Source: Chloroflexota bacterium (GTDB lineage Bacteria; Chloroflexota; Limnocylindria; Limnocylindrales; CSP1-4). Taken from it: a stretch of 64,000 nt of DNA. The notes beneath the pieces are model-generated. The model searched no databases, was not told the DNA's origin, and saw nothing but the letters and a program-made list of their open reading frames with translations. The stretch lies in contig JADDQH010000003.1 in the NCBI GenBank assembly GCA_016781485.1, forward strand, positions 5,384 to 69,383, given 5' to 3'. Made by a program: the position numbers and the translations under genes. Position 1 is the stretch's first letter. Each line of letters begins with the position of its first letter. Shown one piece after another: positions 7,908 through 16,545 of this stretch.

Positions 7908-10345
7908 CGGGATCAGGGACCGGGCACACCGGCATCGACCGCGATGAAGCGGTCGCACTCGCCGCGGTCGACTCGGGGAGCGAGCTGGAGGCGCTCCTCG
8001 GACGCGCCGTCGAGGTGCGAGCGGCGCGAGGGAACGGGGTCATCACGTACTCGCCGAAGGTGTTCATCCCCCTGACGAAGCTGTGCCGCGACGTCTGCCA
8101 CTACTGCACGTTCGCCGCACCGCCGAAGCGCGGGCAGCGCAGTTACCTCCGGTCGGATGAGATCCTCGAGATCGCCCGGGCAGGGGCCGCAGCAGGATGC
8201 CGCGAGGCACTGTTCACCGTCGGGGACAAGCCGGAGCTCCGCTACGCTGCGGCTCGTTCCGAGCTCGCGGAGCTGGGGCACGAGACTACGGTCGGTTACC
8301 TCGCCGAGGCCGCCGCCGCCGTCCTCCGGGAGACCCGCCTCCTTCCCCACGCGAATCCCGGCGTGATGGGCGACGCCGAGCTCTCCCTCCTCCGGACCGT
8401 GGCTCCCTCCCAGGGCATCATGCTCGAGAGCCTCTCGACGCGGCTCGCTGAACGCGGCGGACCCCATTTCGGATCCCCGGACAAGATCCCCGGCAGTCGT
8501 CTGGAGACGATGGAGCGGGCGGGCGTGCTGTCCATCCCGTTCACGTCGGGGATCCTGATCGGGATCGGCGAGACGCGCGAGGAGCGGATCGACTCCCTGC
8601 TGGCGATCCGTGAACTCCACCGGCGTCACGGTCACATCCAGGAGGTGATCGTCCAGAACTTTCGAGCCAAGCCCGGGACGAAGATGGCCGGTCGACCTGA
8701 GCCGACGCTCGAGGATCACGTCTGGACGATCGCTATCGCCCGTCTCATCCTCGGCCCCTTCGTCCACATCCAGGCCCCTCCGAACCTCACGGGTGAGTTC
8801 GGCCGGCTCCTCGATGCCGGGATCGACGATTGGGGTGGCGTCTCGCCGGTCACGATCGACCACGTCAACCCGGAGGCTCCGTGGCCCGACCTGGAACGTT
8901 TGCGCGCGGTGACGGCATCGCGCGGGCTCACGCTCGAGCCGCGGCTGACGGTCTACCCGGAATACGTCCGAGAAGCCGGGCGTTGGATCGACGAGGCGGT
9001 GCGACCCCGCGTGCTGAGTCTCGCCGACGGCGAGGGACTCTCGCGCGACGACGCATGGTTCGCGGGGCTGACGGCCGACGCTCCCCCGTTCACCGCCCTC
9101 TTCGCGTCAGCCGTTGCGACTGACGTCCCGATCCGTACGCGCAGCGACCTGGGCTCGATCATCGCTCGCGCTCGCCGCGGGGAGGATCTCGACGAGTCGG
9201 AGATCGTGCGGCTCTTCGCCGCACGGGGGGCGGAGGTGCTCGCGGTGACGGAGGCGGCGGACGCAGTCCGTCGCGACGTGAACGGCGACGTCGTCACCTA
9301 CGTCGTGAACCGGAATATCAACTACACGAACGTCTGCTCGTTCCGGTGTCAGTTCTGTGCCTTCAGCAAGGGGAAGCTGTCCGAGGACCTCAGGGGGCGT
9401 CCGTATCTCCTGTCGCTCGAGGAAGTCGTGCGACGGAGCGTGGAGGCTTGGGAGCGCGGAGCGACGGAGGTCTGCCTGCAGGGCGGCATCCACCCGCAGT
9501 TCACCGGTGACTTCTACCTGGACGTCTGCCGTGCGATCAAGGATGCGCTTCCGCAGATGCACGTCCACGCGTTCTCGCCGCTCGAGGTCACCCACGGCGC
9601 GACAACGCTCGGCGTCCCGATCCCCGTGTTCCTGGAGCGGCTCCGGACGGCAGGCCTTGGGAGTCTGCCGGGGACCGCCGCCGAGATCCTCGATGACGAG
9701 GTGCGGGCGGTGATCTGTCCGGATAAGCTCCGGACGGCCGAGTGGGCGGAGGTGGTGGCGGGGGCGCACCACGTGGGCGTGCCGACGACGAGCACGATCA
9801 TGTTCGGCCACGTCGAGACGTACCACGCCTGGGCTCGCCACCTCCTCGTCCTCCGCCGACTCCAGCGCGAGACTGGCGGGATCACGGAGTTCGTGCCGCT
9901 CCCCTTCGTGCACGCGGAAGCGCCGATGTATCTCAAGGGACGATCGCGAAGGGGGCCCACGTACCGGGAGGCGATCCTCATGCACGCGGTCGCGCGCCTC
10001 GCACTGCACCCACTGATCCCGAGCATCCAGGCATCTTGGGTGAAGCTCGGGCCTACGGGTGCGGCAGGCGCACTGCGGAGCGGCGCCAACGACATGGGCG
10101 GGACGCTGATGAACGAGTCGATCTCCCGTGCCGCTGGCGCGTCTCACGGGCAGGAGCTCCCGCCCGAGACGATGGAGTCGCTCATCCGGTCCGTCGGGCG
10201 AGAGCCGCGGCAGCGGACGACGCTCTATGGTGTCCCGGCTTCGGAGCAGGTCGCCCGCTCGTTCACGGCGCCGCCCCTCGCCGCGCTCATCCAGCCGGCG
10301 GACCTGCGTTACCGGCGCCCTGATCCGACGATGGCGGTCAGGTGA
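7904..10345 (+). CDS. fbiC: Bifunctional FO synthase (7,8-didemethyl-8-hydroxy-5-deazariboflavin synthase, CofG+CofH domains), F420 biosynthesis
   Basis: Two radical-SAM CxxxCxxC motifs (CRDVCHYCTF and CSFRCQFCAF) in an 813-aa protein; GTG start overlapping the ribH stop (GTGA). Confidence 0.85.
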   Translation: MTGSGTGHTGIDRDEAVALAAVDSGSELEALLGRAVEVRAARGNGVITYSPKVFIPLTKLCRDVCHYCTFAAPPKRGQRSYLRSDEILEIARAGAAAGCREALFTVGDKPELRYAAARSELAELGHETTVGYLAEAAAAVLRETRLLPHANPGVMGDAELSLLRTVAPSQGIMLESLSTRLAERGGPHFGSPDKIPGSRLETMERAGVLSIPFTSGILIGIGETREERIDSLLAIRELHRRHGHIQEVIVQNFRAKPGTKMAGRPEPTLEDHVWTIAIARLILGPFVHIQAPPNLTGEFGRLLDAGIDDWGGVSPVTIDHVNPEAPWPDLERLRAVTASRGLTLEPRLTVYPEYVREAGRWIDEAVRPRVLSLADGEGLSRDDAWFAGLTADAPPFTALFASAVATDVPIRTRSDLGSIIARARRGEDLDESEIVRLFAARGAEVLAVTEAADAVRRDVNGDVVTYVVNRNINYTNVCSFRCQFCAFSKGKLSEDLRGRPYLLSLEEVVRRSVEAWERGATEVCLQGGIHPQFTGDFYLDVCRAIKDALPQMHVHAFSPLEVTHGATTLGVPIPVFLERLRTAGLGSLPGTAAEILDDEVRAVICPDKLRTAEWAEVVAGAHHVGVPTTSTIMFGHVETYHAWARHLLVLRRLQRETGGITEFVPLPFVHAEAPMYLKGRSRRGPTYREAILMHAVARLALHPLIPSIQASWVKLGPTGAAGALRSGANDMGGTLMNESISRAAGASHGQELPPETMESLIRSVGREPRQRTTLYGVPASEQVARSFTAPPLAALIQPADLRYRRPDPTMAVR

Positions 10346-10353
10346 CGGCGGCG

Positions 10354-10377
10354 GGGTGACCGCGCTCGCTCGGTCAC
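10354..10377. terminator. Hairpin between the convergent fbiC and Fe-ADH genes (GGTGACCG-N8-CGGTCACC)
   Basis: Perfect 8-bp inverted repeat immediately after the fbiC stop; no T-tract, as expected in a high-GC genome. Confidence 0.4.
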
Positions 10378-10496
10378 CGTCACAAGCACAGCGCGTGGTA
10401 GTCGTCCAGACCGTGTGCGTGACGGTGCTCGCTCATCGCTCCTCGCCGCGACCCTCAGCGCGTGTGCCAGGACCGGCGGGCCGACCTACCGACGAG

Positions 10497-11648
10497 TCAG
10501 GCGCAGATGGTCTCGTACGCCCTTCGAAGCAGCGCGGCGGCGGACGCCTGCTCGACCGCCACCAGGAAGTTGTCCGCGCGTCCGGGCGCGATGAAGCTGC
10601 CCCGGAGGCCGGAGAGCGCCGCCGCACTTCCGATGTGTTGCCTCAGCTCGTCGCCGGCTCCCGCGGACCGGAATAGCGCGTAGAGGCGGTCGACGGCGTC
10701 GGCGACGGACGTGGCGGCGAGCGCCTGGACGATCAGGGCCGCGCGGTCGGGAAACTCCTCGCCGACCTCGCGCAGGATCTCGGGAAGCGTCAGGCTGCAG
10801 GCGATCCCGTGCTGCACGCCAAGCTCCGCGGTCAGCGGATACGAGATCGAGTGCGCGAGCGCCGTCCGGGTATTGCTCATCGCCAGCCCGGCGACCAGCG
10901 CCGCCGAGGCGAGCCGCTCGCGTGCATCGGGATCAGCGGGCGACTCGAGGACGGCTCTCAACGCGTCCGGGATGAGGCCGATCGCACGGATCGCAAGCGC
11001 GTCCGAGATCGGATTCGACGCACGGTTCCAGATCGCCTCCATGGCATGTGACAGCGCGTCGAACGCGGTCGCGACCGTTGTCCTGCGCGGCACGCTGTGC
11101 GTGAGCAACGGATCGACGATGGCCGACTCCGGGTAAAGGCGGGGATGCGAGATCGAGTACTTCTTCCCGGTCCTCTCATCCCAGATCGTGCCCCACATCG
11201 TCACCTCGCTGCCGGTGCCTGCCGTGGTCGGGATGGCAAGGATCGCGGGAGGAAGGAAGTCGGCGGGGAACGGCCCGCCCTCCCTGAGGTGCGCCGAAAG
11301 CCAGGCGTCGGTGCCCGCGGCATCCTGGGCCGCGACCGCCTTCGCGGTGTCGATGACGCTCCCGCCGCCGATGGCCACGATCAGCTCCGCGTCGGCTGCC
11401 CGGACCTCCTCGAAGGCCGTCGTGCACGAGAGGACCGTGGGGTTCGGCGTGACGGCGGTGTACGTCGCGACGACCAGGTCGCCCAGCGCGTTCTCGACCG
11501 TGCGGAGCACGCCGCGGCGGGCCATCCCGTCGGACGTGAGGACGATGGTGCGACGGGACCGGGCGAGCTCCGCCAGCGCGCTCAGCGCGCCCGGGCCGAA
11601 GCGGATATGTACCGGGTTGTGGAAGGTCCTGGTTCGCCCGTCGGTCAA
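10497..11648 (-). CDS. Group III iron-containing alcohol dehydrogenase, predicted phosphonoacetaldehyde reductase (PhpC/FomC/Pdh-like)
   Basis: Fe-ADH fold signatures (GGGSVIDTAK, metal-binding His residues); last gene of the phosphonate operon; 4-nt overlap with ppd. Confidence 0.7.
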   Translation of the reverse strand: MTDGRTRTFHNPVHIRFGPGALSALAELARSRRTIVLTSDGMARRGVLRTVENALGDLVVATYTAVTPNPTVLSCTTAFEEVRAADAELIVAIGGGSVIDTAKAVAAQDAAGTDAWLSAHLREGGPFPADFLPPAILAIPTTAGTGSEVTMWGTIWDERTGKKYSISHPRLYPESAIVDPLLTHSVPRRTTVATAFDALSHAMEAIWNRASNPISDALAIRAIGLIPDALRAVLESPADPDARERLASAALVAGLAMSNTRTALAHSISYPLTAELGVQHGIACSLTLPEILREVGEEFPDRAALIVQALAATSVADAVDRLYALFRSAGAGDELRQHIGSAAALSGLRGSFIAPGRADNFLVAVEQASAAALLRRAYETICA

Positions 11649-12796
11649 CCGGGGAACCAGGACATGAACTGCTCCCTGACCTCGGCAGGCGCGTGGGCTG
11701 GCCGCCCGAGCTCCGGCGCTGAGCCGAGCGCGACCTTCACGTGCACGAGGTTGGGTCCGGTCGTGTTCATGCCCTCGGTGACGGCCGCCTCGAGCGCGTC
11801 GGCGGTGTCGACGCGCCAGATGTTCCGATAGCCGCAGCCAGCCGCGATCGTGGCGAAGTCGATACCCGAGGACACGGTCGCCTGACCGCCCGTCGACTCG
11901 TGCGCTTCGTTGTCGATGATCACGTGAAGGAAGCGAGCAGGTTGGCTGTAGCCGATGGTGGCGAGCGTGCCGAGCTTCATCAGCGCAGCGCCATCGCCGT
12001 CGAGGACGACGACGTTCCGGCTGCCGCGCCCGCCGAGATGCATGCCGAGGCCGATGCCGGACGCCGTCCCCATCGCCCCCACGACGTAGAACTGATTTGG
12101 GCGGTGGCCGAGCGTGTACAGCTCTCGTCCGATCTTTCCGGTCGTGCCGATGAGCGCCGCGCCGTCTCCGGCCGTGTCGCGAACGATCCGAATGGCCTCG
12201 ATCCGCGGCATCCGCTCCGACGGCGCGACCGTGAACGTCCCGCGTGGCGAGGCGAGCGGAGGCACCGGGTGGCGTGGCTGCTCGCTCAGCTCGTAGTCAT
12301 CGACCGCGCCCTTCCTCATCACGAACGCGTACGGACGTCCGGTCTCCGCCATGCACTCCTCGGCGCGCTCGAGGGCCGGCACGACCAGCGCCGGGTCCTC
12401 CGGGAAGAAGTCCCACGGGATCCGCATGGTCGTCAGCAGGTCACCTGTGATCTGGCCCATGAGCTCGTGCTGCGGCTCATCACGGACGCCGGGTGCGCCG
12501 CGGTGCGTGGTGATGAACAGCGTCGGGATCCGGAACGTGTAATTGAGTGACGTGAGCGGGTTGACCGCGTTGCCGAGCCCTGAGTTCTGGCAGATCACCA
12601 CGCTCTTGCGGCCGGCAAGATACGCGCCGGCCGCGACGCCGAGCGCCTCGCCTTCGCTCGCGGCGCCCACGTAGTCGACGTCGGGGCTACTGATGACGTA
12701 GTTGATGAATGGCGTGAGGAACGAGCACGGCACTCCGGCCCAGAACGAGTACCCCCGCTCGAGCGCCGGCTGGACGAAGTCGTGGGCCTTGATCAC
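11645..12796 (-). CDS. ppd: Phosphonopyruvate decarboxylase, fused alpha/beta (TPP-dependent)
   Basis: TPP-binding GDGA...N motif region (VVLDGDGAALMKLGTLATIG...IIDNEAHESTGGQ). The ORF-track ORF starts at a GTG 36 nt upstream; the start is set at the GTG that overlaps the stop of the upstream gene (GTGA). Adjacent to pepM. Confidence 0.85.
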   Translation of the reverse strand: MIKAHDFVQPALERGYSFWAGVPCSFLTPFINYVISSPDVDYVGAASEGEALGVAAGAYLAGRKSVVICQNSGLGNAVNPLTSLNYTFRIPTLFITTHRGAPGVRDEPQHELMGQITGDLLTTMRIPWDFFPEDPALVVPALERAEECMAETGRPYAFVMRKGAVDDYELSEQPRHPVPPLASPRGTFTVAPSERMPRIEAIRIVRDTAGDGAALIGTTGKIGRELYTLGHRPNQFYVVGAMGTASGIGLGMHLGGRGSRNVVVLDGDGAALMKLGTLATIGYSQPARFLHVIIDNEAHESTGGQATVSSGIDFATIAAGCGYRNIWRVDTADALEAAVTEGMNTTGPNLVHVKVALGSAPELGRPAHAPAEVREQFMSWFPG

Positions 12797-14907
12797 GACT
12801 CGATGTTCCTGCGGCCCTTGGCGTCGTACCACTGCCTGGAGTCGCCGACCACGCGCGCGAGGTTGTCGCGGCCCCCGGCGGCGATCGCCGAGAGCTCGAG
12901 TTGTGCGTCGCCGCTCACCCGGCCACCGATCCTGAGGACGAGCAACCGACCGCCCTGGCCCCGATAGCCGTGCCGAAGAGACGGCTTGGCGTATGCCGAA
13001 TCTCCCGGTGCGAGGGTGTCCTCGTATCGGTCCGTGCCGACCTCCCAGACCATGCTGACCGGGGTAGTGCCGACGTTGTAGACGTACTGGTGGAGGCCGA
13101 CGCGCAGGTCCGGCACGGCGGCTTCGTCGCGCTGCACGTTGAGCTCGAGACCCTTCGAGAACGGGAGGCTCCTCACCGGCGTGAGTTCCACCATCTCGTA
13201 TGCCGGCGCCCCGTCCGGATAGCTCCAGCGCGGTGAGTCGGCGTAGCGCTGGACCAGGACCGACTCCTCCAATACGTCGGGCACGAGCAGGTCGCGGACG
13301 CTGACGCGGAGCGCATCGGCGAAGCGTCGGAGCTCGTCCTCGGAGGGCTCGTCGCTGCCGGCCTCGAGCGCCTCTATCCGCGCCACGTGGAGCGCGGCCC
13401 GCCGCGCGAGCTCGCCGCAGGAGAGGCTGAGCCCCTCGCGATGGAAGCGCAGGAGCGACCCCATCGCTCGCTTCCGATCCGAGAAGTCGAGCACCAGCCC
13501 CGCAGCCAGCTCCGCGCCCAGCGCCGAGACCTCCTGGCGCGTCTCTCCAGCGAGCTTGTTCCCGTACGTCAGCGCCAGGATGAGGCCGAGCTCGCCGCGG
13601 TCATTCCTCCGTGAGGCGAACGAATGGGGAACGAACGGCGCGATGTACATCGAGTCGCCGGTGTCCATGACCGCGACGTTCTTTCGCCCGTCCGTCCCCC
13701 GGTAATAGAAATTCACCGGCCCCACGAAGTACGTGAACTGGTGGAGGAAGTGCCCGTTGTTCCACTGGATCGCCTGGTTCTCCGGGTCGTTGTCCTCGAC
13801 GACGCAGAGCTCCTTGATCCACTCGGGCCGGAATTGCGACAGCGAGCTCATCGCGGTGTCCCGGTACTCGTAGTAGTCCGCCCCGGCGCGCGCCATCACA
13901 CGGCTGCTCCGCTCGGAGTCCGCGGCGCGGAAGATGCGCACGCCGGTCGGGGCGTCGTCGTGGAGCAGATAGAACTCGCGCGGGCTGACCGGCCATGCCG
14001 CCGTGGCCTTGTCCACAAGCGCCGGCGGCAGCGACTTCCGCCCACCGATGATCTCCTCGATCTCGGGCAGAGGAACGCCGAGCTCTGCGGCGGCGTCCTC
14101 GGGGCGTCGCTTGAGGTCATTCAGGATCGCCCTGAAGTTCTCGCCGGTCCGTACGTCAGAAACCACTTGTCCTCCCGCCTTCCGGAAATCCTCGATCGTG
14201 TCGATCTCCCGCCACCCGCCACGGATGGTCACCGCGCGCACCTCGTGTCCGCGGTCGATGAGCTCCTGGAGCATATCGGTCAGGTACGCACGCTCCAGCT
14301 GCGCCGCCGCCTGGAACGGCCTGCCGGAGTGCGCCGCCGAGACATCGGCGAACACTCTCCGAAACGTCTGCGCGCCAGCGCGGGAGAGCCGCAGGAGGCC
14401 GATGAACTCGCCATCCGCATCGGCTTCGTCGAGATGCTTGCCGATCCTCGTGATGACCCCGTCCGTGAGGGCCACCTTCTCCGCCTGCGCGATCGGATGC
14501 TCCACCCGACCCTCGTACACCTTCCTCCAGTCGACGTCGCATACCGCCAGGAAGTCGCCCGTCGCCGACAGGAGTGTCTCGACCACGCTCGGCTCGTAGA
14601 CGATGTCCGAGTAGCTGACGACCACGTCGTCGTCGAGCTCCTCGCTCGCATACATCAGCGAGAGCAGGATGTTGTTGTTCCGGTAATCGGCGTTGAAGCG
14701 CGTCCTGACGCCGGAAAGCAACGGCGCGAGCCGGTCCGCCCGATACCCCGTGACGACGGTGATGTCGGCGATCCCGAACTCGCGGAACGTGTCGAGCTGG
14801 CGCTCGATGAGCGACCTTCCGTCCAGCTGGAGCATGCACTTCGGCTGGTCGCGCGTCAGGTGTCGCAGTCGGCTGCCCAGGCCGGCTGCCAGGACGATGG
14901 CTTTCAT
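12793..14907 (-). CDS. Fusion protein: N-terminal LicC-like nucleotidyl (cytidylyl) transferase (~250 aa) + C-terminal HEPD/MPnS/HppE-family bicupin dioxygenase with two HTH segments (~450 aa); candidate methylphosphonate synthase
   Basis: N-terminus MKAIVLAAGLGSRL...KCMLQLDGRSLIERQ is the NTP-transferase G-loop. The C-terminal part has an XRE-type HTH (LSLSCGELARRAALHVARIEALEAG) and a cupin with GHFLHQ...(37 aa)...FVPHSF. The ligand pattern is H, Q at +4 and H at +42, with F at +14 and I at +36. Length and layout match the bicupin-HTH enzymes. Confidence 0.7.
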   Translation of the reverse strand: MKAIVLAAGLGSRLRHLTRDQPKCMLQLDGRSLIERQLDTFREFGIADITVVTGYRADRLAPLLSGVRTRFNADYRNNNILLSLMYASEELDDDVVVSYSDIVYEPSVVETLLSATGDFLAVCDVDWRKVYEGRVEHPIAQAEKVALTDGVITRIGKHLDEADADGEFIGLLRLSRAGAQTFRRVFADVSAAHSGRPFQAAAQLERAYLTDMLQELIDRGHEVRAVTIRGGWREIDTIEDFRKAGGQVVSDVRTGENFRAILNDLKRRPEDAAAELGVPLPEIEEIIGGRKSLPPALVDKATAAWPVSPREFYLLHDDAPTGVRIFRAADSERSSRVMARAGADYYEYRDTAMSSLSQFRPEWIKELCVVEDNDPENQAIQWNNGHFLHQFTYFVGPVNFYYRGTDGRKNVAVMDTGDSMYIAPFVPHSFASRRNDRGELGLILALTYGNKLAGETRQEVSALGAELAAGLVLDFSDRKRAMGSLLRFHREGLSLSCGELARRAALHVARIEALEAGSDEPSEDELRRFADALRVSVRDLLVPDVLEESVLVQRYADSPRWSYPDGAPAYEMVELTPVRSLPFSKGLELNVQRDEAAVPDLRVGLHQYVYNVGTTPVSMVWEVGTDRYEDTLAPGDSAYAKPSLRHGYRGQGGRLLVLRIGGRVSGDAQLELSAIAAGGRDNLARVVGDSRQWYDAKGRRNIES

Positions 14908-14913
14908 GCTCCG

Positions 14914-16545
14914 TCACCGATACTGTCCGGCGCCGCCGAAATTCGACGCAGCGACGACGTCGTGCATGTCGTCCACGTCCAGCCAGTGGCCGCGGACGTA
15001 GACGACTTCGACCCGCCTGCCGCGCGCGAGGAGCGCATCGAAGACGTCCGCCATCCGCATGGTACGCGCGGCGCCGGTCGCCATCAGCTCCGTGCCCAGC
15101 TCCTTCAGCTGCTCCAGGCCCGACGCGGACATCTTCAGCAGGCCGATCCACTCGCCGTGCACCTGACCGGGCGGGAGCGTCGTGCTCATCTTCCCGAGGT
15201 GGGCGGTCTGATCGAACTCGCGCCAGTGGAACGGGCGGTCGCAGCACACCAGATCGCGGTAGCCGTCGCGATGCGCATCGTTCGCCGAGTCGGGGTCGAC
15301 GGCGATGCAGAAGTCCGAGTCCGACTCGAACAGCTGCATGGGGATGAACTTCTGGAAGAGGACGTCGCCGTACGCCACCAGGACCGGGCCAGAGAGCCCC
15401 TCCAACCCCTTGAACAGCGAGAAGGCCTCCTGGGTCGTGGCGTGCTCGTCGTTGTCGACGTACCGCGTATTCGGAAGCTGCAGTGCTTCCTTCCGGTAGC
15501 CGCGCACGACCGTGACGTCCTTGATGCCGATGCTCGTGAACGTCTCCATCATCCGCTCGAGAAGCGGCTTGCCCGCGATCTCGACCATCGCCTTCGGCCG
15601 ATCCTCCGTCAGGACGCCGAGCTCCTTGCCTCGGCCCGCCGCGAGCACGAGGGCCTGGGGCGCGCCCTGCCGAGCGGGGAGGTAGCGGCGCTCAGCCTCC
15701 TCCAGCTCGCCTGCGCCCTGGATCCGGAAGACCTCGCGGACGCTCACGATGCGGTCCTCGATATTCAGCAGGCTCTCCTCGCGAGAGAGCTGCTGCGCCG
15801 TCTGCTGCATCGCGGTGAGTGCGCTCCGCATGAGGTGGTTCGCCCAGATGACGACGCTGATGCCGGCCTCACGGAACACCTCGGTCGGCGTGCTGTAGTA
15901 CGTGGTCGGCACGATGACGACCGGGCAGCGGTCGCCCCATTCCTTCTTGAACGCGAGGATCTCGTCCGGGCGTGAGAGCTTGCTGTGGATGAGGATCGCG
16001 TCAGCGCCGGCGCGGTGATAGGCATCGGCCCTCCTGAGCGCCTCGGAAAGGCCCCAGCCGGCGATCAGCGCTTCCACGCGGGCGACGATGCTGAAGCTGT
16101 CATCGCGCTGCGCGTCCTTCCCCGCCTTGATCTTTCCGCAGAACTCGTCCACGTCGGCGAGTGGCTGGTTCTCGCCGATGAAGCTATTCGTCTTCGGGAA
16201 CAGTTTGTCCTCGATGGCCACTCCCGCCACGCCACGGGTCTCGAGCTTCTGGACGAGCCGCCGCATGTTGTTGAAGTTCCCGTAGCCCGTGTCACCGTCG
16301 AGCAGGATGGGGATCTTCACGGCATCGGTGACGAACTCGAGCAGGTCGAGCACCTGCGTCCAGCTCATCTCGTTGTTGTCGCGTACGCCCATCGAGGCGG
16401 AGATGGAGAGGCCGCTTCCCCACAGCCCTTCGAATCCCGCTTCCTCGGCGACCTTGGCGCTCAGGCCGTTGTGGGCCTCCATGAGGAAACTCAGCCCGTC
16501 GCGCGTCAGGATCTCTCGCAGCGCCTGCGTCTTCGATGAGTTCAT
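14914..16545 (-). CDS. pepM: Fusion protein: N-terminal phosphoenolpyruvate phosphomutase (PepM) + C-terminal LicC-like nucleotidyl (cytidylyl) transferase
   Basis: Diagnostic PepM motif [13 protein letters not shown] (EDKxxxxxNS) in an isocitrate-lyase-superfamily TIM barrel. The C-terminal part [33 protein letters not shown] is the NTP-transferase G-loop. GGAG RBS 6 nt before the downstream ATG. Confidence 0.85.
   Translation of the reverse strand: MNSSKTQALREILTRDGLSFLMEAHNGLSAKVAEEAGFEGLWGSGLSISASMGVRDNNEMSWTQVLDLLEFVTDAVKIPILLDGDTGYGNFNNMRRLVQKLETRGVAGVAIEDKLFPKTNSFIGENQPLADVDEFCGKIKAGKDAQRDDSFSIVARVEALIAGWGLSEALRRADAYHRAGADAILIHSKLSRPDEILAFKKEWGDRCPVVIVPTTYYSTPTEVFREAGISVVIWANHLMRSALTAMQQTAQQLSREESLLNIEDRIVSVREVFRIQGAGELEEAERRYLPARQGAPQALVLAAGRGKELGVLTEDRPKAMVEIAGKPLLERMMETFTSIGIKDVTVVRGYRKEALQLPNTRYVDNDEHATTQEAFSLFKGLEGLSGPVLVAYGDVLFQKFIPMQLFESDSDFCIAVDPDSANDAHRDGYRDLVCCDRPFHWREFDQTAHLGKMSTTLPPGQVHGEWIGLLKMSASGLEQLKELGTELMATGAARTMRMADVFDALLARGRRVEVVYVRGHWLDVDDMHDVVAASNFGGAGQYR

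Noticed and set aside
11645-12832. Alternative reading of the TPP enzyme as sulfopyruvate decarboxylase (ComDE, coenzyme M pathway)
   Set aside because: It is translationally coupled to a protein with the diagnostic PepM EDKxxxxxNS motif and to a HEPD/MPnS-family bicupin, so the phosphonate assignment is favoured
13624-15975. 783-aa plus-strand ORF across the phosphonate operon (and similar long antisense ORFs at 45007..46290, 45965..48070, 53707..55458, 56271..57599, 28688..29410, 35216..36154, 37380..38708)
   Set aside because: Antisense to PepM/bicupin, aminotransferase/GatA, LigA, PcrA and transporter genes; extreme Arg/Asp/Glu/Val bias; no motifs
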